Below, in pieces: positions 1-10,453 of a stretch of 64,000 bases of DNA (its first letter is position 1; each line of letters starts with the position of its first letter). Origin of the DNA: Methylococcaceae bacterium UBA975 (GTDB taxonomy: Bacteria; Pseudomonadota; Gammaproteobacteria; Methylococcales; Cycloclasticaceae). The position numbers and the translations under genes are program-made. The stretch is taken from NCBI GenBank assembly GCA_002292375.1, contig DBBV01000020.1, forward strand, positions 8,197-72,196, in the 5' to 3' direction. The notes beneath the pieces were generated by a model. The model was not told where the DNA came from. It made no database searches and worked only from the letters and a program-made list of their open reading frames with translations.

Positions 1-141
1 AGAAACACCCAAGTTAACCGACAAGTTGGTTTTTCCCACCCCGCCTTTGCCGCTGGCAATTGCGATAACTCTGACTGGTTTATTATTTGTCATTCTTCGT
101 ATTCCAGATGCTTGATCTAGCCCTTCTTTAAACATTCGCAT
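1..141 (-). CDS. flhG: FlhG/FleN MinD-like flagellar number regulator, 5' part (runs off window)
   Basis: Manual translation MRMFKEGLDQASGIRRMTNNKPVRVIAIASGKGGVGKTNLSVNLG with deviant Walker A; overlaps the flhF stop. Confidence 0.9.
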   Translation of the reverse strand, partial: MRMFKEGLDQASGIRRMTNNKPVRVIAIASGKGGVGKTNLSVNLGVS

Positions 142-1432
142 GTGACGTCGACCCATCTAATAATACGGACAAGGCGATATCATCATCATCCGGCAAGGTC
201 GTGGGCTCAATAAATTTTGCCATTAAATCCTTGGCCGACGGGTAGTGTAAGTCTTCAGGGACACGTTGCCCATCGGTTACAAAGTTTAATGGTAACCGTT
301 GCTCAATGATGGCAGATAAAGCACTACCAGGGCAATCAGTTTCATCCAGTTTACTTAAAATACAACCAACCGGCTTGGCGTCAGCAAAGGTATTCATGAC
401 CTCGCGCATAGCTCGTGCTTCGGTCGTTGCTGAAATAACCAAATAACTCTCTATATTAAATTGTTCTTGCTGCAATAACCCAAATTGCTCTGTCATTCGA
501 ACATCGCGTTGACTCATCCCTGCGGTATCAATTAACACCAATTTTTTATCAATAAAATCTGTCAGTGCTTCTTGAAAGTCGTCTTTCGTTGAGGCAACGC
601 GCATCGGTACTCCTAAAATCCTAGCAAAATTACTCAATTGCTCGTGCGCACCAATTCTAAAGTTATCCGTGGTGATCAAACCAATACTGTCGACACCATG
701 GCGCATTCTATAGCGGGCGGCTAGTTTAGCTATGGTCGTCGTTTTACCCACACCTGTTGGCCCAACTAAGGCCACTAAGCCACCTTCATCTAAAATCTTA
801 TTATCTGTGATCGGTAAAGATTGCGCAGTGACTTGTAAACACTCAAGCCACGCATCTTCTAACTCACAGTCAACAACGATTGTTTCAGCCAATTTGAGGC
901 TTAGTTTCTTTGAAAAACCTGTGTCTAATAATCGCCGTATTACATCGATTCGTACCGGGTTTTGTTGTATTTTGTCGGCCCAAGATAGCTCATTCAATTG
1001 CGTCCTGAATTCGTGCCGCATCATGTCCAATTCGTGTTTGACGGCTTTGATCGCCGGGTCTTCAAACCATTCTGCTTTTTTAGAGGCCACTGTCTTTGTC
1101 TTTAATCGTGGTTCTTTAACGTCTATGGCTTCGCTAGGGCGTTTTACTTCGGCCGGCCTGTAATCATCGCGGTAAGATTGTTTTGGCGGTTCATTCCAAT
1201 CAATCGACACCCGGTCCTTTTTTAGTTGTTGTTCAAGCCGTTTGTTAAGTAGGTCTTCTTGTTTATCTGCAGCGTCGCGAACCGCTCGTTCGTCGTAATC
1301 TTTTGCTGCCACAACCTCCACACCGTTATCAACAGTGGTATTAGAAAGAATAACAGCATCAACACCCAGCTCTTCTTTAACCAACCTGAGTGCTTCGCGC
1401 ATATCTGGCGCAAAAAATCGTTTAATTTTCAT
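128..1432 (-). CDS. flhF: Flagellar SRP-family GTPase FlhF
   Basis: MKIKRFFA N-terminus, GPTGVGKTTT P-loop, DTAG and SKLDE motifs; follows flhA. Confidence 0.97.
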   Translation of the reverse strand: MKIKRFFAPDMREALRLVKEELGVDAVILSNTTVDNGVEVVAAKDYDERAVRDAADKQEDLLNKRLEQQLKKDRVSIDWNEPPKQSYRDDYRPAEVKRPSEAIDVKEPRLKTKTVASKKAEWFEDPAIKAVKHELDMMRHEFRTQLNELSWADKIQQNPVRIDVIRRLLDTGFSKKLSLKLAETIVVDCELEDAWLECLQVTAQSLPITDNKILDEGGLVALVGPTGVGKTTTIAKLAARYRMRHGVDSIGLITTDNFRIGAHEQLSNFARILGVPMRVASTKDDFQEALTDFIDKKLVLIDTAGMSQRDVRMTEQFGLLQQEQFNIESYLVISATTEARAMREVMNTFADAKPVGCILSKLDETDCPGSALSAIIEQRLPLNFVTDGQRVPEDLHYPSAKDLMAKFIEPTTLPDDDDIALSVLLDGSTSHANV

Positions 1433-1509
1433 TACGTATTACCTCGTAAAGTATAAACCCCCTACCGAGGGTAGTTAATGTGATTGCCATCAAGTCTTTA
1501 GTATTGAAC

Positions 1510-3600
1510 TTAGCCATTAGGCCCTACACTACCAACTACCCTCACTTGTCTATCTTCAGGGATTTCGTTGTATGACAGCACATTTAGATTGGAAATTGAG
1601 TGACGTACAAAGCGTGCAAGCCAAGGCCTTAGAAAAGACGACACCAATAACACGGCGCTTTTACCTTCCATTTCTAATTTCTGCGTACTTTCTTGCAATG
1701 CATTGATCATTCTTTCAGCGAGTCCTGGTTCAAGTCCGGCGCTACCATCCACTGACGCCTGTAAACTTTGTTGCAATAAGCGTTCCAAATCTGGGTCTAG
1801 CGTAATTACTGACAGTTCATTGTCTAAGCCACTGATTTTCTGAACAATTGAGCGGCCTAACGCAACGCGAACCGCCGCTGTTAATGCGCCAGTTTCTTGA
1901 CTCACTCGACCGTGTTCAATTAATGTTTCCGCCACGGTGCGCATATCACGTACTGGAATATTTTCCTGTAGTAAGTTTTGCAATACTTTAACCACTGAGC
2001 CAAGAGGCAAGGTATCCGGTACCAGGTCTTCAACCAACTTAGGTGCCGACTTTTTCAGGGTATCTAACATTTGTTGTACTTCTTCGTGCCCTAGCAACTC
2101 ATGCGCGTGGGTTTGTATGATTTGGCTAAGGTGCGTTGCAACCACTGTGCCTGGGTCAACCACGGTATAACCCATGGTTTGCGCTTGATCTCGTTGCGCC
2201 TTATCAATCCATACTGCGTCAAGACCAAATGCCGGATCTTTGGTTGCTATACCCTGCACATCACCAAATACTTGCCCCGGGTTAATTGCCATTTCTCTAT
2301 CTGGGTGAATCTCTACTTCACCGATATTAACGCCCATTAAGGTCAGACGATAAATATTTGGCGCCAGGTCTAAATTGTCACGAATATGCACCGCAGGAAT
2401 TAAGAAACCGAGTTCTTGTGAAAGCTTCTTTCTGACGCCTTTAATGCGTGACATCAACTCGCCCCCTTGGGTCTTATCGACTAACGGAATAAGCCGGTAA
2501 CCAACCTCTAGGCCAATCATATCGACCGGTGCAACATCATCCCAAGAAAGCTCTTTAGGCTCTTCAGGCATGGTTTGAACTTTAGGCGCTGGTTCAAGCG
2601 CCACTAATTTTTCGATGCGTTGTTTATTATGGACAGAATAGGCTAAATAGCCCAACGATAAAGCCAAAATAATAAACACCAAATTAGGCATGCCGGGTAT
2701 TAAGCCGAGTGCTCCAATAATTCCCGCACTGATAGCCAGAGCCTTAGGGTTACTTAACACTTGAACCGACACTTGCTCACCCATGTCTTGGGCGCTATTA
2801 ACACGCGTGACGATAATGGCTGTTGCTGTCGACAATAAAAGACCGGGGATCTGAGCGACAAGGCCATCACCAATCGTCAATAAGGTGTAATATTCCATCG
2901 CCTGAGAAAAGGGTAAGTCGTGCTGTAGCGTACCAACAGCTAGGCCGCCAACGATATTAATTAAAAGGATTAAAATACCTGCGACCGCATCACCACGTAC
3001 GAATTTACTCGCACCATCCATTGAGCCATAAAAGTCAGCTTCTTGACTTATTTCCGCCCGTCGGTCACGCGCTTGGTCTTGGGTTAATAAACCTGCATTT
3101 AAATCGGCATCAATCGCCATTTGTTTACCGGGCATTGCGTCCAGGGTAAATCGAGCACTCACTTCAGAAACCCGCCCAGCACCTTTGGTAACGACCACAA
3201 AGTTAATAATAATTAAAATGCTAAAAACCACCAAACCGACGGCATAGTTACCACCAATGACAAACGAACCAAACGCCTCGATAACCTTGCCCGCTGCATC
3301 ACCCCCATTATGACCTTCTAATAATACAATACGCGTAGAGGCCACGTTTAAGCTCAACCTCAGTATGGTGGCTACCAATATAAAGCTGGGGAAAACGGCA
3401 AAGTCTAATGGCCGCAGAGCATATACCACCACCAATAATACGATCAGTGACAGCGCAATATTAAAGGTGAAGAGCAAATCCAGCATGAACGGGGGTAGCG
3501 GCAATACTAACATCGCCAAAATGACCATAATTAAGATAGGCGCACCTAAGCCATTACGGGCAAAATCGAGTAGTAATTTTGAAATATCGTTAAAGCTCAT
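1510..3600 (-). CDS. flhA: Flagellar export gate protein FlhA
   Basis: 696 aa; RFTLDAMPGKQMAIDADL and FYGSMDGASKFVRGDA FHIPEP motifs. Confidence 0.98.
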   Translation of the reverse strand: MSFNDISKLLLDFARNGLGAPILIMVILAMLVLPLPPFMLDLLFTFNIALSLIVLLVVVYALRPLDFAVFPSFILVATILRLSLNVASTRIVLLEGHNGGDAAGKVIEAFGSFVIGGNYAVGLVVFSILIIINFVVVTKGAGRVSEVSARFTLDAMPGKQMAIDADLNAGLLTQDQARDRRAEISQEADFYGSMDGASKFVRGDAVAGILILLINIVGGLAVGTLQHDLPFSQAMEYYTLLTIGDGLVAQIPGLLLSTATAIIVTRVNSAQDMGEQVSVQVLSNPKALAISAGIIGALGLIPGMPNLVFIILALSLGYLAYSVHNKQRIEKLVALEPAPKVQTMPEEPKELSWDDVAPVDMIGLEVGYRLIPLVDKTQGGELMSRIKGVRKKLSQELGFLIPAVHIRDNLDLAPNIYRLTLMGVNIGEVEIHPDREMAINPGQVFGDVQGIATKDPAFGLDAVWIDKAQRDQAQTMGYTVVDPGTVVATHLSQIIQTHAHELLGHEEVQQMLDTLKKSAPKLVEDLVPDTLPLGSVVKVLQNLLQENIPVRDMRTVAETLIEHGRVSQETGALTAAVRVALGRSIVQKISGLDNELSVITLDPDLERLLQQSLQASVDGSAGLEPGLAERMINALQESTQKLEMEGKSAVLLVSSFLRPWLARFVRHSISNLNVLSYNEIPEDRQVRVVGSVGPNG

Positions 3601-3622
3601 CGTTTTAAATAGTTAATCAATT

Positions 3623-4771
3623 TTAGTGTGTCCTATTAGCGTATTTTTTATACTCATCAGGTATCGTAATACTGTCTGGTGGCGTGGGTTTTTTCCAGCG
3701 TTTTTCAGTTGCGATTCGTAGTTGGTAAACATAGGCAAGTACTTGAGCTACAGCTAAATACAGGCCTTTTGGTACCTCTTCATTTAATTCAGTTGTGTAA
3801 AATAACGCCCTGGCCAGCGGGGGTGCGGATACCAAAGTAATACCATGGCTCAATGCAATATTTCTAATTTGTGCGGCGACTAAGTCACCGCCTTTCGCCA
3901 CAACAATTGGCGCAGAGGAACCGCCGTCTTCATATTTAAGTGCCACTGCAAAATGCGTCGGGTTCGTCACGATCACATCGGCCTTGGGTACTTCCTCTAA
4001 CATTCTGCCTTGAGACATTTCTTGTTGTAACTGACGCACTTTGCTTTTAACTTCCGGCCGCCCCTCAGTTTGCTTCATTTCATCTTTGACCTCCTGCAAG
4101 GTCATTTTTAATTTCTTTTTATACTCCCAAAGACTAAAAGGAACGTCGATAGCGACCACAAGCAGTAATGATGCACATAAAATGACAAACGATAGTGTCA
4201 TCATTTCACTCGCCCGTATCAGCGCAGCTTGCAAGGTAAGCTGACTTAAATTAATAAATTCTGTTAAGTAAATATCACTGACGAAAAACATGACACCTAA
4301 GACCAATAAAAACTTAAGTAAGGATTTGACCAATTCAACCAAGCTGCGAACAGCAAACATACGTTTTAAACCAGCCAAAGGATTCATTTTGCTGGCTTTT
4401 GGGCTAAAGGCGTCCGCACTAAACGCCCAGCCGCCCATCGCAATAGGCCCTGCCAATGCAGCAAACATCATCGCCGCCAAAAACGGCGCTACAAATACTA
4501 AGGCTTGCTGCATGAATAACTCCAGCGTTGTCACCGTTGCCATGGGGTCAAATAAGGTCGCACGATCAATGGAAAAAGCATTTTCCATCACCGACCAAAG
4601 ACCAAGAAAAATTCGATCACCGGTCATCCAAATCATCACCGAACCCATCATCAAAACGACCACCGTGTTAAGCTCTTTTGACCGCGCGATGTCACCCTTT
4701 TTTCGCGCGTCTTCCTCCCGCTTGGCGGTGGGTTCCTCGGTTTTTTCTTGGTCGCTTTCTTGCTCTGCCAC
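3623..4771 (-). CDS. flhB: Flagellar export switch protein FlhB
   Basis: KTEEPT N-terminus and TNPTH autocleavage motif; GTG start. Confidence 0.98.
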   Translation of the reverse strand: MAEQESDQEKTEEPTAKREEDARKKGDIARSKELNTVVVLMMGSVMIWMTGDRIFLGLWSVMENAFSIDRATLFDPMATVTTLELFMQQALVFVAPFLAAMMFAALAGPIAMGGWAFSADAFSPKASKMNPLAGLKRMFAVRSLVELVKSLLKFLLVLGVMFFVSDIYLTEFINLSQLTLQAALIRASEMMTLSFVILCASLLLVVAIDVPFSLWEYKKKLKMTLQEVKDEMKQTEGRPEVKSKVRQLQQEMSQGRMLEEVPKADVIVTNPTHFAVALKYEDGGSSAPIVVAKGGDLVAAQIRNIALSHGITLVSAPPLARALFYTTELNEEVPKGLYLAVAQVLAYVYQLRIATEKRWKKPTPPDSITIPDEYKKYANRTH

Positions 4772-4772
4772 G

Positions 4773-5552
4773 TTAGGTCCTTATCCGTAAAAAATCACCA
4801 ATCACGCCATAACTTTCGACGAGCAAATTAGTGAAATTATTCAATACAGACGGCAGTGTTAACCACATTAACAAGGCACCTAGTACTAGGGTAATAGGAA
4901 AACCCACGGCAAAAATATTCAACTGTGGCGCGGCACGGGTAACCACGCCAAAAGCAACGTTAACCATCAATAAGGAGGCAATTGCTGGCATGGCCATTAA
5001 CAGCCCTGCCGAAAACAAACGACTAGACCATGCAATGACTGACCATAGGTCAGAGCGTTCAATGCCATTAACCCCAATCGGTAAGCTCTGGAAACTATCA
5101 ATCAACATTTCAATTAACAACAAATGCCCACCTAGGGTTAAAAATAATAAGGTTGATAACACTAAATAAAATTGACTAATCACCGGTACGCTAACACCCG
5201 TTGCTGGATCGACCATCGACGCGAAACCAAGCCCCATACTATAAGCAATGCCCTGCCCGGCAAATATCACCGCGCTAAACACCAGTTGCAAAACAAACCC
5301 CATCAATAAGCCGATTAAGATTTGTTGTAAACCAGTGACCAGCCCTTGATGACTCATCACCTCAATCGCAGGGGCTTGCGGTAACAGGGGTATCGTGAAA
5401 AAGGTAATTAATAGCGCCGCTCCAACAATAATTTTTGAATCAACAAATCGTCCACTGAATACCGGTATAGAAACGAACATGGCGCTGATTCTTAATAAAG
5501 GCCAAAAAAAACTAGACGCCCATAGCATGATTTGTTGCTCACTAAAAACCAT
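4773..5552 (-). CDS. fliR: Flagellar export protein FliR
   Basis: Hydrophobic; GLGFASMVDP and APQLNIFAVGFP motifs; position between fliQ and flhB. Confidence 0.97.
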   Translation of the reverse strand: MVFSEQQIMLWASSFFWPLLRISAMFVSIPVFSGRFVDSKIIVGAALLITFFTIPLLPQAPAIEVMSHQGLVTGLQQILIGLLMGFVLQLVFSAVIFAGQGIAYSMGLGFASMVDPATGVSVPVISQFYLVLSTLLFLTLGGHLLLIEMLIDSFQSLPIGVNGIERSDLWSVIAWSSRLFSAGLLMAMPAIASLLMVNVAFGVVTRAAPQLNIFAVGFPITLVLGALLMWLTLPSVLNNFTNLLVESYGVIGDFLRIRT

Positions 5553-5579
5553 GATGAAAAAGCGGTCTATTATTCATGA

Positions 5580-5849
5580 TCAGCCGATTAGTTCAGGAAT
5601 TTGCAAATACGTTTGCCGTGTAAAATTAATAATTAAACGTAACATCCAGGGGCCGGCAACCGATAACACAATGACCGTGACCAGAAGCTTAGGTACAAAA
5701 CTTAAGGTCATTTCATTAATCTGGGTTGCCGCTTGAAACATTGCCACTAGCAAACCAATCGCCAGCGCAGACAATAAAATAGGCGCCGACAACAAAACGG
5801 TCAGTTGTAGAGCTCTTTCACCTAAATCCATTACGCTATCTGGGGTCAT
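5580..5849 (-). CDS. fliQ: Flagellar export protein FliQ
   Basis: FQAATQINEMTLSFVPK motif, 89 aa. Confidence 0.97.
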   Translation of the reverse strand: MTPDSVMDLGERALQLTVLLSAPILLSALAIGLLVAMFQAATQINEMTLSFVPKLLVTVIVLSVAGPWMLRLIINFTRQTYLQIPELIG

Positions 5850-5861
5850 ATTTTTACTCTG

Positions 5862-6587
5862 TTAGATAAAGAAACTAGCCGCAAGCGTTTCCATAATCAG
5901 TGCCCAGCCATCCACTAAAACAAACAACATTAATTTAAATGGTAATGAAATAATCAATGGTGACAGCATCATCATACCCATCGACATCAGCACACTGGCG
6001 ACCACCATATCAATGATCAAAAACGGTATGAAAATCATAAATCCAATTTGAAATGCTGTTTTTAATTCGCTGGTTACAAAGGCAGGCAATAAAAGCGACA
6101 GGGGCACTTCGCTACTGTCATTGATGGGCTCGGCACCAGAAATTCGGGCGAACATATCCAGATCATCACTTCTAGTTTGACGCAGCATAAACTCACGGAA
6201 AGGCAAGATAGCCTTAGTGATAGCGATGTCGGCCGATATGTGATCATTTAGGTAGGGTTGCAAGGCCTCATCATTCGCACGCTCAAACACCGGTGACATG
6301 ATGAAAAAAGTTAGAAACAGCGCCAAACCCAAAAGAATTTGGTTGCTGGGCGTTTGTGGGGTGCCCATCGCCTGACGTAAAATAGAAAAAACAATAATAA
6401 TTCGGGTAAACGAAGTCATCATAACAAGCAAACTGGGTAAGACCGTTAACACGGTCATTACCGCTAAAATTTGCAGCGTTACGGAATAACTTTTGCCGTC
6501 ACCGGCAATGGTAATTGCTTCGATACCTCCGGCCGCAAAAGCCAAGTTCGGCATAAGCAATAACAACGCCATGATTAATATTTTCAT
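5862..6587 (-). CDS. fliP: Flagellar export protein FliP
   Basis: [42 protein letters not shown]. Confidence 0.98.
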   Translation of the reverse strand: MKILIMALLLLMPNLAFAAGGIEAITIAGDGKSYSVTLQILAVMTVLTVLPSLLVMMTSFTRIIIVFSILRQAMGTPQTPSNQILLGLALFLTFFIMSPVFERANDEALQPYLNDHISADIAITKAILPFREFMLRQTRSDDLDMFARISGAEPINDSSEVPLSLLLPAFVTSELKTAFQIGFMIFIPFLIIDMVVASVLMSMGMMMLSPLIISLPFKLMLFVLVDGWALIMETLAASFFI

Positions 6588-7009
6588 TCGGCGCCTTTTT
6601 TACTCATCATGCTTTGCAAGTTCTGCTGAAAGCTTCCGCTCGGGCGCGAATCGCTTTCGTTGATCTCCCCTTCATCAAAGGTGTGTAGCTTAACCACCCG
6701 ACCGGGGGCTACACCAAGTAACAAATACTGTTTTCCTGCGCGTATTAACACAGCTTTTTCGCGTGTACCTAAAGAGATCCCTGAAACGACTTTTAATGCG
6801 CCGACTTGGCCCAGCCCAAATCCCGTTAATCGTTTTGCTAACCACGCGACGATCACAATCACTAGCAACACAAACATAAGCCCAACACTCCACTGTGTGA
6901 GATTGGCTGTCGATAAAGGGTCGACACTTTGTGAACCGACGGTTACAGGCTCAGATGCTAATAACATGCTGGGCATGGCCATCAAGATAAACGAGGTTAG
7001 CTTAAGCAT
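6584..7009 (-). CDS. fliO: Flagellar biosynthesis protein FliO
   Basis: One TM segment followed by [11 protein letters not shown]...LLGVAPG; between fliN and fliP. Confidence 0.92.
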   Translation of the reverse strand: MLKLTSFILMAMPSMLLASEPVTVGSQSVDPLSTANLTQWSVGLMFVLLVIVIVAWLAKRLTGFGLGQVGALKVVSGISLGTREKAVLIRAGKQYLLLGVAPGRVVKLHTFDEGEINESDSRPSGSFQQNLQSMMSKKGAE

Positions 7010-7503
7010 TATTTTAATTTTTTAACCCGTTCTGCAGGGCTAATAATGTCCGTCAAGCGTAAACCAAACTTATCATTTACAACCACTACCTCACCACGTG
7101 CAATTAAGGTTTTATTCACCAACACATCCATCGGCTCGCCTGCTAAACGGTCTAACTCAATCACTGAGCCTTGATTTAATTGCAACAAATTACGAATACT
7201 AATTCGCGTGCTGCCCACTTCCATTGAAATGGTAACGGGCACGTCCAAGATAACGTCAAGGTTGACCTCGCCACCCATACCCATCAAGCCACCGGTGTCT
7301 GCGAGCGCGTCAAACGATGCCGCCTCTGCACTAGCTTGCTCACTTAATGCATCACCCCAATCAGCTTCGCCTGATGCCTGTTCGTCTAACGCATCGCCCC
7401 AATCCGCTCCATCAGATTCCTTTTCACCTGCTGCCTGTTCCTCAAGGGCATCGCCCCAGTCCGCACCGTCATTGTCATTGTCATTATTGTCATCATCACT
7501 CAT
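7009..7503 (-). CDS. fliN: Flagellar motor switch protein FliN
   Basis: LDVILDVPVTISMEVG...IARGEVVVVNDKFGLRLTDI SpoA domain; three DWGDALxEQA repeats at the N-terminus. Confidence 0.96.
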   Translation of the reverse strand: MSDDDNNDNDNDGADWGDALEEQAAGEKESDGADWGDALDEQASGEADWGDALSEQASAEAASFDALADTGGLMGMGGEVNLDVILDVPVTISMEVGSTRISIRNLLQLNQGSVIELDRLAGEPMDVLVNKTLIARGEVVVVNDKFGLRLTDIISPAERVKKLK

Positions 7504-7505
7504 CG

Positions 7506-8513
7506 TTAAGCCTCATTTTTAATCACATTTTTAAACTCATCACGCTCTGTTTTTTCCAGCAATTGCACGGCAAAATTACCATTGCTGACACCCAGCTTGC
7601 ACCTAAATAGCGGCATATCGCCCGATTCCAGCAAGACGTGTTCAGGTAAATCTAAAGGTAAAATGTCACCCACTTTAAAATTCAGCACATCACCCAAGGT
7701 TTTTTCCTGTTTTATCAAGGTACTCACTAAATCCACTTCGGCGGTGGTGATGTCTTTTCTTAAGGTCGATTTCCATCGTTCATCGGTATCACCACGGTCA
7801 CTTTGAATACCCGCGTCAAGCAATTCACGAATTGGTTCTAGCATGGTATAGGGCAAACTAAATTGAACATCCCCACCGCCCCCTTCAAGTTCAAGGTGAA
7901 TGGTTGAAACAATCATGATTTCAGTTGGGCTCACTATATTGGCAAATTGTGGATTGACCTCTGAGTTTACGTATTCGAAATTAAGTTTTAAAACGGGTTC
8001 CCACGCTTTGATTAAGTCTTTAAAAATAATATCCAAAACGATTCTGACTACTCGCATTTCGGTGGCTGTAAATTCACGGCCTTCGACTTTATTATGAAAA
8101 CGTCCCGAACCACCAAAATACGTATCGACAATGGTAAACACCAGGCTAGGGTCTAGTACAAACAACGCCGACCCTCTTAATGGTTTGATTTTGACGATGT
8201 TTAAATTAGTTGGTACAAATAAGCTGTGCACATATTCCGAAAACTTAAGCATCTGAATGCCAGAAATGGAAATTTCAGTTGATCGCCTTAACAGGTTAAA
8301 CAAGCTAATTCGAAAATACCGTGCAAAACGCTCATTAACCATTTCAAGCGTCGGCATACGGCCGCGTATGATTCTATCTTGACTTTGGAAATCATACTGA
8401 CGCGCCTCGCCAGAGGACGCATCAACGCCGGTTTCGGTTTCAACACCACCGTCATCTACACCGTGCAATAAGGCGTCAATTTCGTCTTGCGATAATAAGT
8501 CCATGTCAGACAT
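7506..8513 (-). CDS. fliM: Flagellar motor switch protein FliM
   Basis: LLSQDEIDALL CheY-binding peptide; RGRMPTLEMVNERFAR. Confidence 0.98.
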   Translation of the reverse strand: MSDMDLLSQDEIDALLHGVDDGGVETETGVDASSGEARQYDFQSQDRIIRGRMPTLEMVNERFARYFRISLFNLLRRSTEISISGIQMLKFSEYVHSLFVPTNLNIVKIKPLRGSALFVLDPSLVFTIVDTYFGGSGRFHNKVEGREFTATEMRVVRIVLDIIFKDLIKAWEPVLKLNFEYVNSEVNPQFANIVSPTEIMIVSTIHLELEGGGGDVQFSLPYTMLEPIRELLDAGIQSDRGDTDERWKSTLRKDITTAEVDLVSTLIKQEKTLGDVLNFKVGDILPLDLPEHVLLESGDMPLFRCKLGVSNGNFAVQLLEKTERDEFKNVIKNEA

Positions 8514-9065
8514 TTACTGCATCACCAACTCGGTAAAAAAGATGTTCTTCACCTTAGATGCTACTTGCTTATCAGCCAGCACTTTATTAATTACACCTTT
8601 AATCGCGACTTGTAAGTTTGTTTTTCCCTCGAGCGATTTAAGGACTTCAGGGTCTTGATTAGACAACAATAATAGAATGTTATTACGAATCACCGGATCA
8701 TGCAGTTTTACCGCATCAACCACCCGATCATCGGTTGTTAATAAACTTATTTCTACCTTAAGAACCCGGATGCTACCTGCTTTAAAATTAACCAAGAAGG
8801 CTGGGCTTAACGGTAAGTAAGTTGCAGCCGACTCCACTGAGTCGTCTTCATCAGACTCAGCATTTTCTTCTTTTTCAGCAGATTCTTCTTTAGCTGGGTC
8901 GGATGATGTAGACGGCTGTTCATCGTCAAAAATCCCCATAAAATATAGTACGGCACCCGTAACTAGCAACAAGGCCATCACTCCTGCAGCAATAATAATG
9001 ATAAGTTTTTTCTTAGAACCCGCTTCCTGATCTACCGACTCGTCTTGTTGTTCTTCTTCAGCCAT
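8514..9065 (-). CDS. fliL: Flagellar basal body protein FliL
   Basis: KKKLIIII plus TM helix, FLVNF, FFTELVMQ end; start placed at ATG 9065 after a GAGGTGG RBS. Confidence 0.93.
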   Translation of the reverse strand: MAEEEQQDESVDQEAGSKKKLIIIIAAGVMALLLVTGAVLYFMGIFDDEQPSTSSDPAKEESAEKEENAESDEDDSVESAATYLPLSPAFLVNFKAGSIRVLKVEISLLTTDDRVVDAVKLHDPVIRNNILLLLSNQDPEVLKSLEGKTNLQVAIKGVINKVLADKQVASKVKNIFFTELVMQ

Positions 9066-9101
9066 CACCCACCTCAATTATTATGATTAAAATTATTCCA
9101 A

Positions 9102-9116
9102 GCAATTGCTATGCCA
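9102..9116 (-). promoter_or_regulatory. sigma-54 (-24/-12) promoter of the fliL operon
   Basis: Minus strand TGGCATAGCAATTGC is an exact GG-N10-GC, about 37 nt upstream of fliL. Confidence 0.8.
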
Positions 9117-9209
9117 TCTAATAACTAATTCAATAACAAAGACTTAGAAAACCTATTTAACACCCTGTCAAATTCAGACCTTTATTATAGGCATGTACTG
9201 CGCTAATCC

Positions 9210-9223
9210 GCCAAAAAATTGTC
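9210..9223. promoter_or_regulatory. Possible FleQ/FlrA enhancer site
   Basis: GCCAAAAAATTGTC matches 11/14 of the FleQ-type palindrome GTCAATAAATTGAC as recalled; about 95 bp upstream of the -24 box. Confidence 0.35.
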
Positions 9224-9299
9224 ACTAAAAACGCACTGCTGAAACATGCCAGAAAAGGGTATTAAATACCCTTTCAATTATCCTGTTTAGTTGAGTGTA

Positions 9300-9519
9300 G
9301 AAGAAGATCAGCCCCTAAACCACTAATGGAATAATAGTTGGACAGCTGGACTGGGTGTTGAACACCTTGTGACGACTCATTTATCCGCCCGTATTGAATA
9401 CAGATACTCAGAGTATCCGACAGAACACTTGGATGCATCAGTGGCATGGCGACGGTACGCTTGAAAAACAAGATTATGATGAAGATAGCCTGCGCATCGG
9501 TATTGCTTATTACTTCTAA
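9300..9519 (+). pseudogene. 3' remnant of an outer-membrane beta-barrel (Omp25/OmpA-like) gene
   Basis: Frame 3 gives WTAGLGVEHLVTTHLSARIEYRYSEY, then a frameshift to GDGTLEKQDYDEDSLRIGIAYYF* (C-terminal Phe, BAM-type signal); no 5' part or start. Confidence 0.7.
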
Positions 9520-9539
9520 ACACCTGTAGCCGCATGAAG

Positions 9540-9567
9540 AGGGCTGCCATAGAGCGGCCCTTTTTTT
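9540..9567 (+). terminator. Rho-independent terminator
   Basis: AGGGCTGC-CATAGA-GCGGCCCT stem with one G-U pair, followed by a T run. Confidence 0.7.
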
Positions 9568-9646
9568 CGTTTTCAAAGGCCGTTAGCCCACAAAAAACCC
9601 AGTAAAAACGGCACGCCAGTTTTTTTATTGGTGGTTCTTAAACATA

Positions 9647-10423
9647 CTATTTCGGCTTGCTCGCTTTAATTAAAATTCGATCAGTGTTGTAACGCAAGCC
9701 GTCCGTATAGATAGATTGGCTGTGGTCATCCGATGGGTTAGCCAACAGGTCAGACGTTGCTTCAATAGTAAACCCCGCCTTTTCTACCATCTGTTTAATG
9801 ATCCTTGGTTCGATGCGATGCAAGTTCGCATTATCGTAAGCCGCCTCCCCGACATGATCACTGACACCTAAAGTACCTCCCGGCTTAAGAGCCCTATAAA
9901 TTGCCTGAAGGAAGGTTTGAACCCCAGGCTCGCCATCACCTGGCTTTTCAGAATTATAGATATCGTGCATATTGAACCCCCAATAGGCCATATCAATCGA
10001 GTTTTCAAATGGCATATCCTCGGCATCAACCACCATGTACCTTACATTTGGCAATCGTTCATTTTGCAACCTATTCAACATGGTTTTATGGTGCGCACCG
10101 TCAATCAACTGTAAGACATAGTGATAATTATGTGCGTAAACAATGCCGCTAGCACCCACTGCGGCAGAAAAAACCTCTGTGTTATAGCCACCACCGGTGG
10201 TCATATCAAGCACCGTCATACCCTCTTGTAAATCGTAAAACTGTGCCATTTCTACAGGTTTTCTACCAGGGTCTTTTAGCGCGTCGTATTGATCACGCCC
10301 GGGGGATTTTAACTGCAGTTTAATGCGCTCGACCATCGCCTTGTCGCCCTCATCGGCAATGACGTAACCCATCGTAATAACAAAGGCCAATACACAGGTA
10401 AAAATAAGTCCTTCTTTGATCAT
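9647..10423 (-). CDS. Predicted class I SAM-dependent methyltransferase with signal-peptide-like N-terminus (COG4798-like)
   Basis: VLDMTTGGGY SAM motif, ALKPGG motif, RDQYDALKDPGRKP and HRI segments. Confidence 0.8.
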   Translation of the reverse strand: MIKEGLIFTCVLAFVITMGYVIADEGDKAMVERIKLQLKSPGRDQYDALKDPGRKPVEMAQFYDLQEGMTVLDMTTGGGYNTEVFSAAVGASGIVYAHNYHYVLQLIDGAHHKTMLNRLQNERLPNVRYMVVDAEDMPFENSIDMAYWGFNMHDIYNSEKPGDGEPGVQTFLQAIYRALKPGGTLGVSDHVGEAAYDNANLHRIEPRIIKQMVEKAGFTIEATSDLLANPSDDHSQSIYTDGLRYNTDRILIKASKPK

Positions 10424-10453
10424 GGTATACGCTCCAATAAGGTAATGTGGTGT

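Noticed and set aside
9274-9576. 100-aa minus-strand ORF or an ncRNA (6S-like)
   Set aside because: The plus strand is better explained as a porin pseudogene; no RNA family features recognised.
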